DNA of 64,000 bases from Octopus vulgaris (lineage: Eukaryota), in the NCBI GenBank assembly GCA_951406725.2, contig OX597823.1:92566001-92630000 (forward strand). Reading direction: 5' to 3'. Of this stretch, positions 43,008 to 56,941 are shown one piece after another. A program made the translations under genes and the position numbers. How positions within the stretch are numbered: the first letter of the stretch is position 1; each line of letters begins with the position of its first letter. A model generated the notes under the pieces. That model did not search any database. It had not been told where the DNA came from and was given only the letters and a program-made list of their open reading frames with translations.

Positions 43008-44388
43008 AATACAATCAATCTATTGAACATAAAACTTTAATACCAAAATCTAATATAGACCTCGGTTGAAAATCACAACATTAAAGCCTTGTTCTATCAT
43101 ATTTGAGTAATTTATTTTCGAGGACTGAATTTACGATGCTAGCTTATTTACCTTAATAACTCCTTCACGAAAGCAACAACGTAGGAGAAATGGTTAGCGC
43201 GTAGGTCAAACTTCTTTGCTGCATTCCTACCTCTGTCTTAACGTATCGATTTCCAGTGCAGTCGAAATTAACCTTACCTTTAATTATATGAGTGACGATA
43301 AAATAAGGTACCACTGAGGTCAATTCAATTGATTTTTCAGGTACATACCGTCAGTAATTACTCAGGGTAGGCAGTTGGCGACCGTTATGTAGTAAACCGC
43401 ACAATAAAACATAAATGAAACACAGATATGCGACTGAGATGAAGGCAGATTTGCTCCTGCCTTTAAAGCACGTAAAGAAAACGTTGTTGTAGAAAGGTGC
43501 TCAGCACGTTTACTACAGCAGTTCTATGCGTAGCTTTAATACTGAGATTGAAAGGCAAGGGCGAATTATGCCTACCTTATCTACAAAAACTAAAACATTT
43601 TGCATTTTATGCATAGTAATCAGAGTAACCTTCATAATTTTATTGAATTAGGTGCATATTTTGCCATAAAAGGAAAATATTACTCTCGATCTATTTTATT
43701 CAGGATAGGCATTTTGCTTTCACCCTGCCTACCTAGGCGGTATGTCTCTGCCTCCTTCCCTCCTTTCAGAATTACTTGTCTTCTGCCAAAATTACAAAGA
43801 ATTTTTAACAGTTGGAAAATTATCCCACAAAAATGAAAATACCAAATGTAAACTTTTTCTGCTTTAAATGCGCTTATAACCCCCTAAAAATTATATATCG
43901 CTTTGGTCATCTTTCTAACAGCTTATCATTTATGTCCACCGAACACGAAATTATAGAAATGATTCGTGAATATCTAGTCCAGCCACACTGGACACAGAAC
44001 GAAGAATAAATTTCTCGAAATTTTATTAGAAAATCGGGTCTAATTTACTTTTACAATTCATTTGAAAAATGCGACAGAAACCATTTGAATTAATGTAAAT
44101 TGATATTGATTGGAAACAGAGGTGAATTAAATTAACTTGTGGTTATAATTCCGATTGTTGTGAGGAAGATAAAAATTAAGACATCTGTAGTTCTTACCTG
44201 ACAAAATTACATGTGCGTGTCTAATACAAAAATATCCCTCAGAAATACATTTAAGTCTATTTCTCTTTTTACTTTTCGTTGCTGGCTTTTTTTGTCTTGC
44301 TCTGAAAACCATACTAAAATTCTATGAACTATGCATATATAGCACAAATAAACGCACACAAATACAAACACACGCGCGTATGCTCACA

Positions 44389-44472
<84 letters not shown>

Positions 44473-44972
44473 CTAGCAGTATCGCCCGGCGTTGCTCGGG
44501 TTTGTAAGGGAAATAAGTATATAAGCATTTTTAGAGAGTTACTTCCCTTATAGATGCCAATTCGGGCTTTCTTAGCCATTTCTGTTTTGGTGTCTTCAAG
44601 CCATGAAGTCGTTGCACTAAAAGAACGCTGGTCTCCTTGACAACGCTTTACGACGTTGATTTCCTTACACTCCCTTCCCCACAGCTTCACGAGGGAGGGA
44701 AGAAGGGGGAGAAGCAAACAGGTGCAGATGTGAGCGTGGACGCCAACTCCCCCGCCATCGACACACGAAAAATTATGCATTAAAATGGAATAAAAAATTA
44801 TGTTAAATTATTTTTAAAATCGTAGACTCATCGTAGACGCGCGCTAATAGGCAGACGGGCTCGATATTAATCTCGACTATAAGATACCCGAATTTGGTTA
44901 AACTGCACCGCAAAATGTGGGAGTAGTTAGGAATCTAAATCGAAGGGGACAGACACTCACACAACTATAGTT

Positions 44973-44980
<8 letters not shown>
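44473..44980 (-). mobile_element. Non-autonomous Helitron
   Basis: Near-identical reverse complement of 62010-62515. 3' hairpin cccgagcaacgccggg followed by CTAG|T. Confidence 0.85.
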
Positions 44981-45057
<77 letters not shown>

Positions 45058-45060
<3 letters not shown>

Positions 45061-45438
45061 CTTACTTGTACTTGAGGGGACATTCACCCTGGGTGGGTTG
45101 AGTCGGCTTCTTCTACTCATGGAAGAAGTTTTGTGGAAATATGTGGATTTCACAAGCGGTCCCCAACAATCCCGCATGTAGAGACATCCTGTTTGCCGCA
45201 GAATGTCTGTAGACGCAGGGACAGAACGACCGAGGAGCCGCCGGTTGCCGAAGCAGACACTCTGAGGATTTTCACCAGAGCCCCGTCTGCCGAGTTGTGG
45301 CTCTAATACCACTCGGTGTCAGACCAATCCGCCTTGGGTGGCCCTACCAGGAACCGAATTTCCCGACGGCACAGCTCTGACACTACCCGTTGCCAGCGTC
45401 CCCACCACGGTGAGGAGGGGATGGACTTTGGGGACGCT
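45058..45438 (-). mobile_element. GC-rich insert resembling the 5' UTR of RTE-clade LINEs, in (TA)n
   Basis: Minus strand cgtggtggggacgc...gagctgtgccgtcggga..ttcctggtagggccacccaaggcggattggtc resembles the conserved RTE (Rex3/Expander-type) 5' UTR motif as I recall it. Terminal agcgtcccca/tggggacgct hairpin. Confidence 0.55.
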
Positions 45439-45445
45439 ATATATA

Positions 45446-45481
<36 letters not shown>

Positions 45482-45580
45482 TGTATGTATAAGAGGAATA
45501 ACAATGCTACAGGAGAAAAGAATAAATTGGTTATATTTCTAAAATGCACAATACATTTTAACGATGTTTCCATGCGACGA

Positions 45581-45644
45581 CTGCACTGAAGATATGCAAG
45601 CATTTGCATTCATAAATGTTTTACAGCGAAACCTAGGTATATGC
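45581..45644 (+). ncRNA. Degenerate type I hammerhead related to the 534-bp family (element about 45490-45905)
   Basis: tgca CTGAAGA...gc GAAA cctagg TA tatgc with palindromic helix III. Downstream tgatatta..aatattaattt..tccctcat is shared with 27914-27945. Confidence 0.6.
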
Positions 45645-47412
45645 TTTATCACCAAATTTTGTATGCTTTCATTTGTCTTGTGCATTTTACATTCTGGCGT
45701 TTGCTGAAATTTCTTGAGAACACATTCTTCGTTGTAAGACGATTTAGCGTCTTCTAACATATTAGGAATCGAACTTGGTGGTTATTTCTCTTAAATATGT
45801 ATGTAATATAATTTCTGTATCTTTGGATTTTTAAGTATGATAGGCCATTAGTTTATATTGATATTAATTAATTAATATTAATTTCTTCCCTCATAATTTA
45901 ACTTTATGTATATAAGGAGTGGTTTTGTGGTAAGTAGCTTGCTTACTACTAAGTTTTTGATGCGGTTTTTTTTTTCGTCGTTTGACGTTGAAACTGAAAA
46001 TTTGAAGCACGACCATAGATAAAGCATTTGTTTTTTATTTTGCTAGAGGTGGGGGGGGAGGCTTAGTGAAGTCCGTTGTTCGTGTGGTTAATACTTTTTT
46101 CGAACAAGGCTCTCCACTGTGTTCCAGACATTTGTTTCCCAGTGGTCGTACTAAAAGTCTCACTTTTCAGTGAGAATTGTGTGTTTTCGGGAGTTGAGTC
46201 CTTCCGAAAATTTATGATTTTATGTGACTGTGTGCACTTCGTGGCTTTACCAATTGAAATACAACCAGACTTTTACCATTTGGAGTACTTTACCATATTG
46301 GGTACAACCAGGAATTTTTTGCTGCTATTTTTGTGCTGCAAAAGATTACCAGAATTGAATTTTGTTGTTATTTGAACTGTCTTCGTTCTTTTTCTCTTGT
46401 CTGTCTTTCTGCTCATTTTTGTGTTTGCATTTAGCCTTTTATTTGAACATTTTTGATTTTGTTGTGTACTTTTATATTTTAGTTTATTTTATTAATGGCA
46501 ACCAAATGTAAGAAAGCCTTGAAGTGGCGAATTGTGGCCTCCAAGGAGCGGTTAAAAACTATGATGAGAGAACAGTATTGTTGCGGACCTATTGCAAGGA
46601 CCGCGACACCATCTGTGTATTCCCACAGAGTGCAAATTGAAGAAGAGTTGGCGGGATTTGAGCCAACTTATAGGTTCATCCGTAGAGTTTCACTCTGCTA
46701 AATTTATTATGTTAGAAATTGTAATTTCAAATCCAAGAAATTTAATATTTCCATTCAGAGCCGAATGCTTTTATTGGTTTCTTCCAACATTCAATTGACA
46801 TCTTCCAGCAAGACCGTGCATGGGTTACAATAAGGAATTGCAATTAGGGTTTCAGCACTTATGTATTTGTTAATATCAATGATGAAGTTGAGGTGGCAAG
46901 CTACCTGGATCGTTTACACTCTGTACAAAGTGCTTAGTGGCATTTCGTTCGTCATTACTTTCGGAGTTCGAATCCCACCGAGATCCACTTTGCCTTTCAT
47001 CCTTTCGAAGTCGATGAAATAAATCCCAGTTGATTAGTGGAGTCGATGGGGTTGACGTACCTCCCAAATTGTTGACATTTAGTCAAAATAAGAAACCACT
47101 ACCAAGGATGAGGTTAAATAGTTCCCATGGAGGTATTTATGACAGATGAATAAGACATACTGGAGTCTACTCAAATGTGAAGAAGCGTGAACTTGCGGAC
47201 TGTGTACCACGATTCCTAGAACGTTGCATTCTTGAGCAAGTCACTTCATTTAACGTTGGTGCAGTTCACTCAGTTATATCTGAGGAACACAAAGACGGTG
47301 CAGTATCTTGATCAAAGGGAATGTTGTGGTCTCGGTCACTCATACGAATAACCGAGTAACCATCCCTATTTGTCTCCGGATTTGAAACAGTACTTAATAT
47401 AACTATTATAAT

Positions 47413-47613
47413 GGCACCGAATACTGGCAGAATCGTTAGCACGTGGGCGAAATGCTTATCCGCATTCCATCCGTATTTATGTTTTGAGTTCAAATTCTTT
47501 TCATCGTTTCGCGGTTGATAAAATAAGTACCAGTCTAGCAGTGGAGGTCGATGTAATCGATATAATCCCACCCATCCCACCCTCAGAATTGCTGACCTTG
47601 TGCCGAAATTTCA
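47413..47613 (+). mobile_element. SINE family B (another diverged copy at about 46908-47097)
   Basis: ctggcagaatcgttagcacg..gggcgaaatgctta...gataaaataagtaccag. Confidence 0.75.
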
Positions 47614-48064
47614 ATATGATATAATCCGTATACTAAAAATGCTTCAAGACGGAACAAAGCTGCAACAGCACATATCTATCTAATTTATGGCACATTTGTT
47701 TACATAACTTTACTTATTTTTGTGAAAATAGTTAAGTCACAAAGCAATGGTTGATGGATGGTGCGTTATGGTTTTAATGAAGAGTGCTTCCAGAAGTAAA
47801 GGTATTTGCCTCGGAACTGTACAAAATACGACAAACAACGAAGTAGGTTGTACATGAAGTACAAAAGACAAAGGTAGCATTTATATTGGTTACAAATTTT
47901 GACACAAAGTCAGTACCTTCTGGGGTGAGGTTTAATCGATCACAACGACCCCAGTAATAAACTGCAACTTACCTTATTGAGCCTCGAAAGGAGCAAATGT
48001 AAAGTCGACCTCGGCGGTTTTGAAATTGGAAAGTAAAGGCGAACGAAATGTCGCTAAGCTATCA

Positions 48065-48463
48065 ATTCTTTTCTACTCTAGGTACAAGGCCCGAAAGTTT
48101 TGGGGGGGTACCAGTCGATTAGATTGACTCCCGTACGCAACAGGTACTTAATTCATCGATCCCGAAAGGATGAAAAGCAAAGTCGACATCGGCAGAATTT
48201 GAACTCAGAACGTAAAGACAGACGAAATATCTATTTCTTTACTACCCTCAAGGGGATAAAAACAGAGAGGACAAACAAGGACAGACAAACGAATTAAGTC
48301 GATTATATCTACCCCAGTGCGTAACTGGTACTTATTTAATCGGCCCCGAAAGGATGAAAGGCAAAGTCGACTCGGCGGAATTTGAACTCAGAACGTAGCG
48401 GCAGACGAAATAGGGCTACGCATTTAGCCTGGCGTGCTAACGTTTCTGCCAGCTTACTGCCTT
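48065..48463 (-). mobile_element. SINE family B, internally duplicated copy
   Basis: Collinear with 42614-43007 and 53552-53940. Confidence 0.85.
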
Positions 48464-48959
48464 ACACCAACAGAAAATTAATATTGCTGCTAATGCATAG
48501 AACTTTAAAAAGGATTTGCAGCAATTATATCGTAACCAAGGAATTTTACTCATATTCTATAATGTAGTCATGCAAAATCATCATTCGCTAAACGAGGAAT
48601 TATTTTACTGCATTTAACACGTGCACTTCGTTTCTGTTTGAGCATATCGTTTTTCACCCAGACCTGATATCAATACACGCACATCCAACATTTATGTATA
48701 TACGCGTATATGTATGTATTGCATGACTTCATATAGTGAATTTGTATTCATACTTTCGCAGACACACACACACATACACTCACACACAAAGTCACATTAC
48801 ATTCATATATATACATGCATGCATATATATATATATATATATATTTATAAACATATCTATATGTGTACCCCGCGCCCTCTCTCTCTCATACAGATTCATA
48901 CAAACTTAGTTAAACTTAGATATGTTTCGACCGAAGATGTCTAACTTAATAGCACCACC

Positions 48960-49985
48960 TGACAGGATTATCTAAATCCTTTCAAAGCCAAGATTCGTGG
49001 TATCATGGTCCATTCAAGTAGTGAGTTCTTGTTGAGTGAGTTGTATCCAGTTATAGGTGGCTTATCTGGTATTCCTTGAAGAAATTCGTCCAGACTCTCT
49101 TTAAAGGTGAAGGGGTCCTTCTCTCCTTTGATTAGTCTTGGGGTTGGGGCAGAGACTGTTGAGGAAAATAAAACGTGTCGCAGTGTACCTATATGTTGTA
49201 ATCCTAAATTGGGCAGGGGGCATATGGCTCGTGGTCCCAGCCTTGGATGAACCTTCAAACTAATGTTCAGGTTGTTTGGGCAATGCTGGCGTCGTATTCT
49301 CTACATCGCGGCGGTACTGGAGAGAATAGAGTTTCAATGCTTTAAGACGGTCCCAGGAACCGAGATCAGTCATGCCCTTAATTCGTTTAGTGAATGCCCT
49401 TTTGGGTGATTCAATTTTCGAGATGCTTTGTCTTATATGGGGAGACCACAAGGGGCATCAGTATTCGAAATGTGACCGTGTAAACGAGGTAAAAAGTGGA
49501 ATGATGACACCTTGTTCTCTGGACTGGAAGATTCTTAAGATCCAGGAGCTCATCCTACGAGCAATATCGACCTTATTGTTTATGTGGGCACTCCAACTGA
49601 GATTGTTAGCAATAATTACACCTAGATCTCTGATATTACTAGATGCTATGAGCGGTTCCCCTGAAGGAAGATAGTATGGCTGTTTCAATATTGTCTTCCA
49701 AAATGCATCAGCTCAAATATTCCTTCGTTTAGTTGCATTTTGTTTTTGTCTGCTCATTGACTCACAGCATATAGGTCAGACTGGAGTTGAGTTCGGTCTG
49801 CTTCTTCATTGATGATTTGCTGGAGCTAAGTATCATCAGCAAATATTTTCACTTTGCAGTGATTTACGACGCTAGAAAGGTCGTTTATGTAGATTACAAA
49901 GAGGAGCGGGCCCAAGACAGTCCTCTGTGAGACACCACTGGTGACTTTTTCTGGGCTTCAATGGGGTCCGTCAACATCGACCACA
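48960..49985 (-). mobile_element. CR1/L2-like LINE, 5'-truncated 3' part of the RT
   Basis: SGVSQRTVLGPLLFVIYINDL...KIFADDT; RDLGVIIANNLSWSAHI; RSHFEY..WSPH...RAFTKRIKGM..WDRLKALKLYSLQYRR. Disrupted by stops and frameshifts. Confidence 0.85.
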
Positions 49986-50009
49986 GCATATATATATATA
50001 TATCCCACC

Positions 50010-50060
50010 GTCTCTGATGAAGGAATATTATTAATTAATATCTTAGAACAGGTGTAAGAC
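50010..50060 (+). ncRNA. Degenerate hammerhead motif
   Basis: gtct CTGATGA agg-aatatta..taatat-ctta GAAC aggtg TA agac. Helices I and II pair but the GAAA box has lost an A. Adjacent to a TA run. Confidence 0.5.
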
Positions 50061-50730
50061 CTATCTATAAATGCTCTAATATCTATACAGCCTTGGTTTT
50101 TTTATCTTATTACGCAAAAATTCTTATACACACACACACAAACACACACACACACACACACACAAAGAGAATGATAAAAAGATGCATAGACAGATAGATA
50201 AATAGAAAGACAGATATAATACAGCGTTTTTTTTTTTTTGCAGATTAATGTTTGCGATTCCTCAGAAAACTATCGGTAAAAAAAATAAACAATCTACTTA
50301 GTAGAAGCTAATCTATAGAATCAATAGAATCGAACGCGCTCTTTGGCGTTTGAAATCTAGATTTCGTAACCGCTGAGCAAAACTACGCTGATATAATACA
50401 CTATATACACAAAGACGCTGCATTACATTTTATTGAAATACTGGAAATTGAGCTGGCTTGGAGGTAAGCAGTTGATTCATCCCCCTACGAGGTTTCATAT
50501 TGTATAACTTCTCAACTATCCATTTAACATAAAAACCGACACGCTATGTGGATCATAATGAAAGGCAAAACAGGGGAAAACATAGAAGAAAGTTTGTGAT
50601 ATCTGACACTACAAGCTATGGTGTGAACAACAAAGAACAGCAATATACACAGTAGAAAAACTGAAGAGACGACAATAATTGAAATCATGCATATACATCC
50701 AAATATATAATATGCATAAATATATATATA

Positions 50731-50764
<34 letters not shown>

Positions 50765-51376
50765 CATATACATACAAACATATAAATATACATATACGTA
50801 TTTGCATATACATATTTACATATACATATATATATATAACGTAATATAATAAAGTGCAATATATGTATAGGCAGACACACATATTATATGTGCGTACATA
50901 CACATACAGACACGTGAACCCATACACACACACACCGCACACATATATATAACTGACGACATTGTGTTAAGTTAATTTTCTATCAATTACGAAATAACAT
51001 CATTTTGCTTCGTGTTTGTCAAATATTATCCGATCATATTTATTGTAATGTCATAAAGAATTAAGCTAGTTATATAGACTATCCTTGCATGGGAACAAAC
51101 AGAGACAGACAGACAAATACGCACACACATACCCCCCATCCATACAACCGCACACCCGTAGGCCCACCCCTACACATGAACAAACCCACAGTTCTTTGTT
51201 CCCTTGGTTTGAAGATAATAAGACAATTTTGTTAGGTTCAGCTCATATACATTCAACCATCGCTTCTAAATGTGTCTTGTGTGTATTTCTTGTCATTATA
51301 TACAGTCATATATAAATAAATAAATAAATAAATAAACATAAATATATGTATGTGTGTGTCTGTGTGTGTGTGTGTC

Positions 51377-51419
<43 letters not shown>

Positions 51420-51469
51420 GTGTGTTTGTGCGTGTGTGTGTTTGTGCGTGTGTGTGTGTGTGTGTACAG

Positions 51470-51705
51470 AAAACAAAAAAATGGAACGAGAACGTATCAG
51501 GCGACAACAAAACATCCGGATGGTTAGACGATACAAAAATAGGACAGGAAAAAACAAGGATGGGTCATTCGGAGCGTCCAATTCTCAGTTGAGTTCCAGA
51601 CCATCTTTGCAGTTTCGCCCGGTTACACTCCAGACTGCTCCAATCTGGTCGGCCCCAAGAAAATCTATGCTAAGAGCACTAGACTCCCTGGAAGAAAGCA
51701 AGTGA
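51470..51705 (+). CDS. Candidate terminal coding exon, unidentified product
   Basis: After gtacag the frame reads [77 protein letters not shown]. Non-repetitive, protein-like and GC-richer than the flanks. The acceptor context is weak. Confidence 0.3.
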
Positions 51706-51998
51706 ATGTATACGAAAAGGACGAAAAAAAACCCGGAGAAATGGTACACAATTACAAATACAAACAACTGGATTTTAACAGGTGTCTATCGAGAAAGGAC
51801 GAATTAACATGAGGTTACAATTTAAAAAAGGTCACTTCTATTGATTTTTAATGGCTTTACGGGGTGACTGCGGAAATGTAAACATGTACACGATCACCCT
51901 TGGACGGTTTTGAATGACCATAGAAAGTGCGAGCCCTCTGACTGAAAAATTGTGGATTTGTATAAAGGACAAGCACACAGACAGACAGACATTTTGCC

Positions 51999-52032
<34 letters not shown>

Positions 52033-52852
52033 TAGTCTCAGACACATCTTGCTTATTGCGAATAGTGGGTTTCACCTTCATTCTATATGGCAAAGGAGAA
52101 ACGCATTAGTTTTATTTAATTGGAATTGAGTTAAATAATTGCGAGTAAAAAATATAATGAAACAATTGATTTTCGCATCACCATCAATTAGTCGCTATGT
52201 TTGTTAGAACTTACCCTGAACGAAATTTATCAAATCTTTCCGCAGTTTATTCCCTATGAAGCTCATATATTAGTCTGTCAGATAGCTCTGTTCGACAATT
52301 TGCCCCCCCACACACACACACACAAACATATTTATTTTCCTCAGTTTCTCCCAAATTTCAAATGCGGTAAACAACGGATGTACATAAAAAAGAGTGCTAG
52401 AGAAACTCATAAACCACCATGATAGAAATAATTCGCTCAACCTCGGAAAGTAACGATCGAATTTATATAACAAACAAATATGTCGTAAGTGGGCTACATC
52501 TAAGTGTCTTAGTTTTTCCTCCATTTTACAATTCCATTTACTACTGTAAATATCATCATTTTTTTTTACCAAATTATAGAGCTCTCTGATTATTTTCTAT
52601 TCTACATATATGGCACCGAATGACTTTCACAATACATTGCATAATAATTGTCTTGAAGGTATTTCTGAAACCCACGCAAAAAAATGTAGTAATTAAAATA
52701 ATTTGTCTAGCTTCCCATTGTTATTTAATCAAAATATACACAAGCTTACGTTTGAATATATATATATATATAAATGTGTATATGCATATACATATACATA
52801 TATTTATAAATAAATATGTATGTATATCTACATATATATATGTATGTATATA

Positions 52853-52915
<63 letters not shown>

Positions 52916-53551
52916 ATATGCTTATGTATCTCTCTCTCTATATATATATATATATTCTTCTTTATAGTGGTGCTCGATACAATATAGCAATATATCCTAA
53001 CGGCCGTATTAGGGATGCATACATAAACACACACACACATACGCGCGCACACACACTGATGCACACACACCCCGACGCATACACACGTACATATATATAC
53101 ATATACATATTTGTATATACACTTTTATATACGTGCACACGCACAAAGAACGAAATAATGAAGACACACAAAACCTATCTCTTTAGTTATACCATATTTT
53201 CTTTACACGGCTTTCAGTAATAGTTTAAAGACGTCTGTTACAAAATGTGTTGTGAAAAGTCATTCGGTGCCTCATATTCAGAATAGAATATCGTGAAAAA
53301 AAACATTGCACTTTGCCCCCGCCCCTCAAAAAAAATTACTTAGTATTTTGAGTAATTATGTAAAATAGACAAACTAAACGATAATTAATGTTACAGCTCA
53401 CTATGAATATATTCAAATTTATCATTTGACCGCGGCCATGCTGGGGCACCACTTTGGAGTTGAAGAAATCGATCCAGTACATTTTCCCCAAGTATCTGTC
53501 TTTTTTTAACGAAAGGCTAAATTACAGGACGTAGACAAACCAACACTGATT

Positions 53552-53940
53552 TATTTCTTTATAGACCACAGAGTGCTAAACATAGAAGGGACAAACAAGG
53601 ACAGACAAGGAGATTAAGTCGATTACATCGACCCCAGTGATTAACTGGTATTTAATTTATCGACTCCGAATGGACGAAGGGCAAAGTCAACCTCGGCGGA
53701 ATTTGAACTCAGAACTTAACGGCAGACGAAATACCTATTTCTTTACTACCCACAAGGGGCTAAACACAGAGAGGACAAACAAGGACAGACAAACGGATTA
53801 AATCGATTACATCGACCCCAATGCGTAACTGGTACTTATTTAATCGACCCCGAAAGGATGAAAGGCAAAGTCGACCTCGGCGAAAGTTGAACTCAGAATG
53901 TACCGGCTGACGAAATTCCGTTAGGCATTTAGCCCGGCGT
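53552..53940 (-). mobile_element. SINE family B, internally duplicated copy
   Basis: Two copies of ggacaaacaaggacagacaa...gaaaggcaaagtcgacctcggcg. Confidence 0.85.
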
Positions 53941-54649
53941 TAGACACCTTCCATCTACCAAATCCACTCGCAATCCTTATAGTTCGGTCGCGATCTATAT
54001 TAGAATACCCTTGCCCAGGATGGCACACAGTGGAACAGAATGAGATAGTCTGGGGTTGGGGAAGCAAACATTTTATCACACGGCCATTCCAGCGCCTGCA
54101 AAACTAATATTTAGAATTATTCGGAGACTTAGCACCGGGGTAGAGAAGCTCGTTTTGTACCCACGACGCTTCAGGTTCAGTTCCCCAGCGTGACACTTTG
54201 TAGAGTGTGATTTATTAAATTTCTGGACACAAATCCTATTTTCTTAGCGATTGTGGTAAAAGGAAAGTGCGTGGAAGCCTGTTGTATATATATATATATA
54301 TATGTATATATAGTCTTAAGTCGTCCTGTGCGCTTAAGGCTTGTCGCTCAATGTATTTACTTCCCCTTGACCATATTTTTGCACACACATGTTAAACCCT
54401 AAACTAAACCTATGAAATTTTTCTTTGCTGTTAGAGATCTTTCCTTGCTCTCTTATTTTAAGCACATAACATATTAACTCTGTTCTTTTATTTTGTTTCT
54501 CTCTTCCTTTGTTTATTTATTATATTTTATATTGCACACGTAAGTATTTTATCCCCTGAATTAAAAAGAAAACTATATAATTTTTTGTTTGTTATGAGAT
54601 ATTTTTCGTTGCTGTCTTTTTTATATACAAAACATATCAATTTTATATT

Positions 54650-55058
54650 TAAGAGATAGGAATTATATACATTATTTACATTATTTACATTTGACGAATA
54701 TTCGTCCTCATCTTGTTTTTGTTAACACAACGTTTCGGCAGATCTACCCTCCAGCCTTCATCAGATGTCTTGCGGAAATTTCGAACCTGGGTTCACATTC
54801 CTAGGGTATTTGTCGATTTTATTATTATTATTATCATTATTATTATTATTATTATCATTATTATTATTATTATTATTATTGTTGTTGTTGTTGTTATTAT
54901 TCATGTGACTGCCTGGAATCGAACTCGGAATCTTGGGTTTAGTAGTTCGCTTAACCACTACGTCATATGATGAAGGCTGGAGGGTATATCAGCCGAAACG
55001 TTGTGTTAACAACAAATATGAGGACAAATATCCGTCAAATGTAAATAATGTAAATAAC
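54650..55058. mobile_element. Hammerhead-bearing fold-back with internal tRNA-like head and (TTA)n
   Basis: 54672-54763 is inverted relative to 54968-55057. Minus-strand HHR at 54725-54768: acat CTGATGA aggc..gcc GAAA cg TT gtgt. tRNA-like A/B boxes on the minus strand at 54905-54962. Confidence 0.75.
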
Positions 55059-55154
55059 ATATCAACTCCGTTGTTTTATTTTGTTTCTTTATTTATTACT
55101 TTCTACATTGCCGTTAATGATCCTTAAATGAATGAAACGTACTTATTTTCAAAA

Positions 55155-55790
55155 CTAGATGAAGTACGCGGTAATAAGTTACCCATAATAAGATGTCTGT
55201 TTATGGCCATGAAACACTTTTCGTCAAATTTCGAAATTTTCCCACATTTTAAAATCTGTATCAATGGGTAGGACCAATTTCACGAGTCTCATAACTGTCG
55301 TCATTATTGTTGTGCATGTGTGTAAAATGCCGAAATTTTACGTTCTAGGGCAGATTTCGGCAAATTGATGTCACGACAGCTAGTGCACAAAATGCCTAAA
55401 TTTTGCTTGAGAAATAAAATGCTCTTACCTAATGAAAACCCGAAACACTGGGGAATTGAAACAACGAATTGAAATAATAAGTTTTTTCAAATCAAAACAA
55501 TTCGCACTGAAATGAAGAATTAGCAAATGCTAAATAGATTACCGTTAATAAGCTGTCTGCTTCTACCCATGAAGCGTTTTTCGTCAAATTGACGATTTCT
55601 GAAAATTCGATGCTGATTAAAAGTCGATTTTTAAAAAATTCCAAGTGCGTAAGTGACCGGATGGGCATAACTCCCCCACCCCAGACACACACACACACGT
55701 GTCACGTTTGCTCAAGATCTGTTGGATAGCCTAGGAGGAGTTAAAGTAACAAATTCACAAACACACAAAATTGCCATTCATTAATATAGA
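55155..55790 (-). mobile_element. Non-autonomous Helitron-like element
   Basis: Minus strand starts TCTATATTAATG and ends ...cgcgtacttcatCTAG|T. Confidence 0.55.
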
Positions 55791-55796
55791 TATGAC

Positions 55797-56011
55797 CGGC
55801 GTTGAGCTGGCAGAAACATTAACGCGCCAGGCGAAATGCTTAGCTGTATTTCGTCTGTCGTTACGTTCTGCGTTCATATTCCGCCTTTCATCCTTTCGGG
55901 GTCGATAAATAAAGTACCAGTTTCGCAATGGGGTCTATGTAATCGACTTTATTCCTTTGTCTGTCCTTGTTTGTACCCTCTATGTTTAGCCCCTTGAGGG
56001 TAGTAAAGAAA
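55797..56011 (+). mobile_element. tRNA-derived SINE family B (core resembles the Meta-SINE domain)
   Basis: ggcgttgagctggcagaaac head; gcctttcatcctttcggggtcgataaataaagtaccag core. Confidence 0.85.
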
Positions 56012-56295
56012 TATGGACTCTCCTTAACTTATTAGATAAATACAAAATAGATTTAGGGGTGTCAGTTTTTGTTTTACCAGAGTAAAAACGTATAATAAAT
56101 ACATTTATTTACTATTGTATTTTTATTCTTATTGAACTCTATTTGAACACAAAAATGTAATGGTATATCTTTATTCTATCTTAGACGATATTCTACTTTA
56201 TAGTGATTCATTTATTTTAATTAACATTTTAAAAGTCTGAATCGAAACAGGTGTCAGGGATTATGTCTATGTTTGTAATAAATAAATATCACACC

Positions 56296-56710
56296 GGCGC
56301 AGGAGTGGCTGTGCGGTAATTAGCTTGTTCACCAACCCCATAGTTCCGGGTTCAGTCCCACTGCGTGGCGCTTTGAGCAAGTGTCTTCTACTTTAGCTTC
56401 GGGCCGACCAAAGTCTTGTGAGTGGATTTGCTACACGGAAACTGAAAGAAGCCCGTCGCATATATGTATATATATCTGTGTGTGTGTATGCTTGCGTATC
56501 TATTTGTCCCCTCCCCCACAACATCGCTTGACATCCGATGCTGGTGTGTTTACGTCCCCGTAACCTAGCGGTTCAGCAAAAAGATCCCGATAGAATAAGT
56601 ATTAGGCTTACAAAGAATAAGTCCTGGGGTCGATTTGCTCGACTAAAAGGTGGTGTTCCAGCATGGCTGCAGTCAAATGACTGAAACAAGTAAAACAATA
56701 AAAAGGAATA
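56296..56710 (+). mobile_element. tRNA-derived SINE family A, full length
   Basis: Collinear with 28527-28930. Confidence 0.9.
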
Positions 56711-56742
56711 AAAAATTGATTTATCTTATTTTACTTATTTTT

Positions 56743-56830
<88 letters not shown>

Positions 56831-56941
56831 TAACTATGTATGTCTATATATAGACATGCGTGTGTGGGGGGGATCCTCCCCCCTCGTTTTTCTGTGATTC
56901 TTCTATTGTCAACACTGACCCACTTCTGTGCCTTTGTTGGT

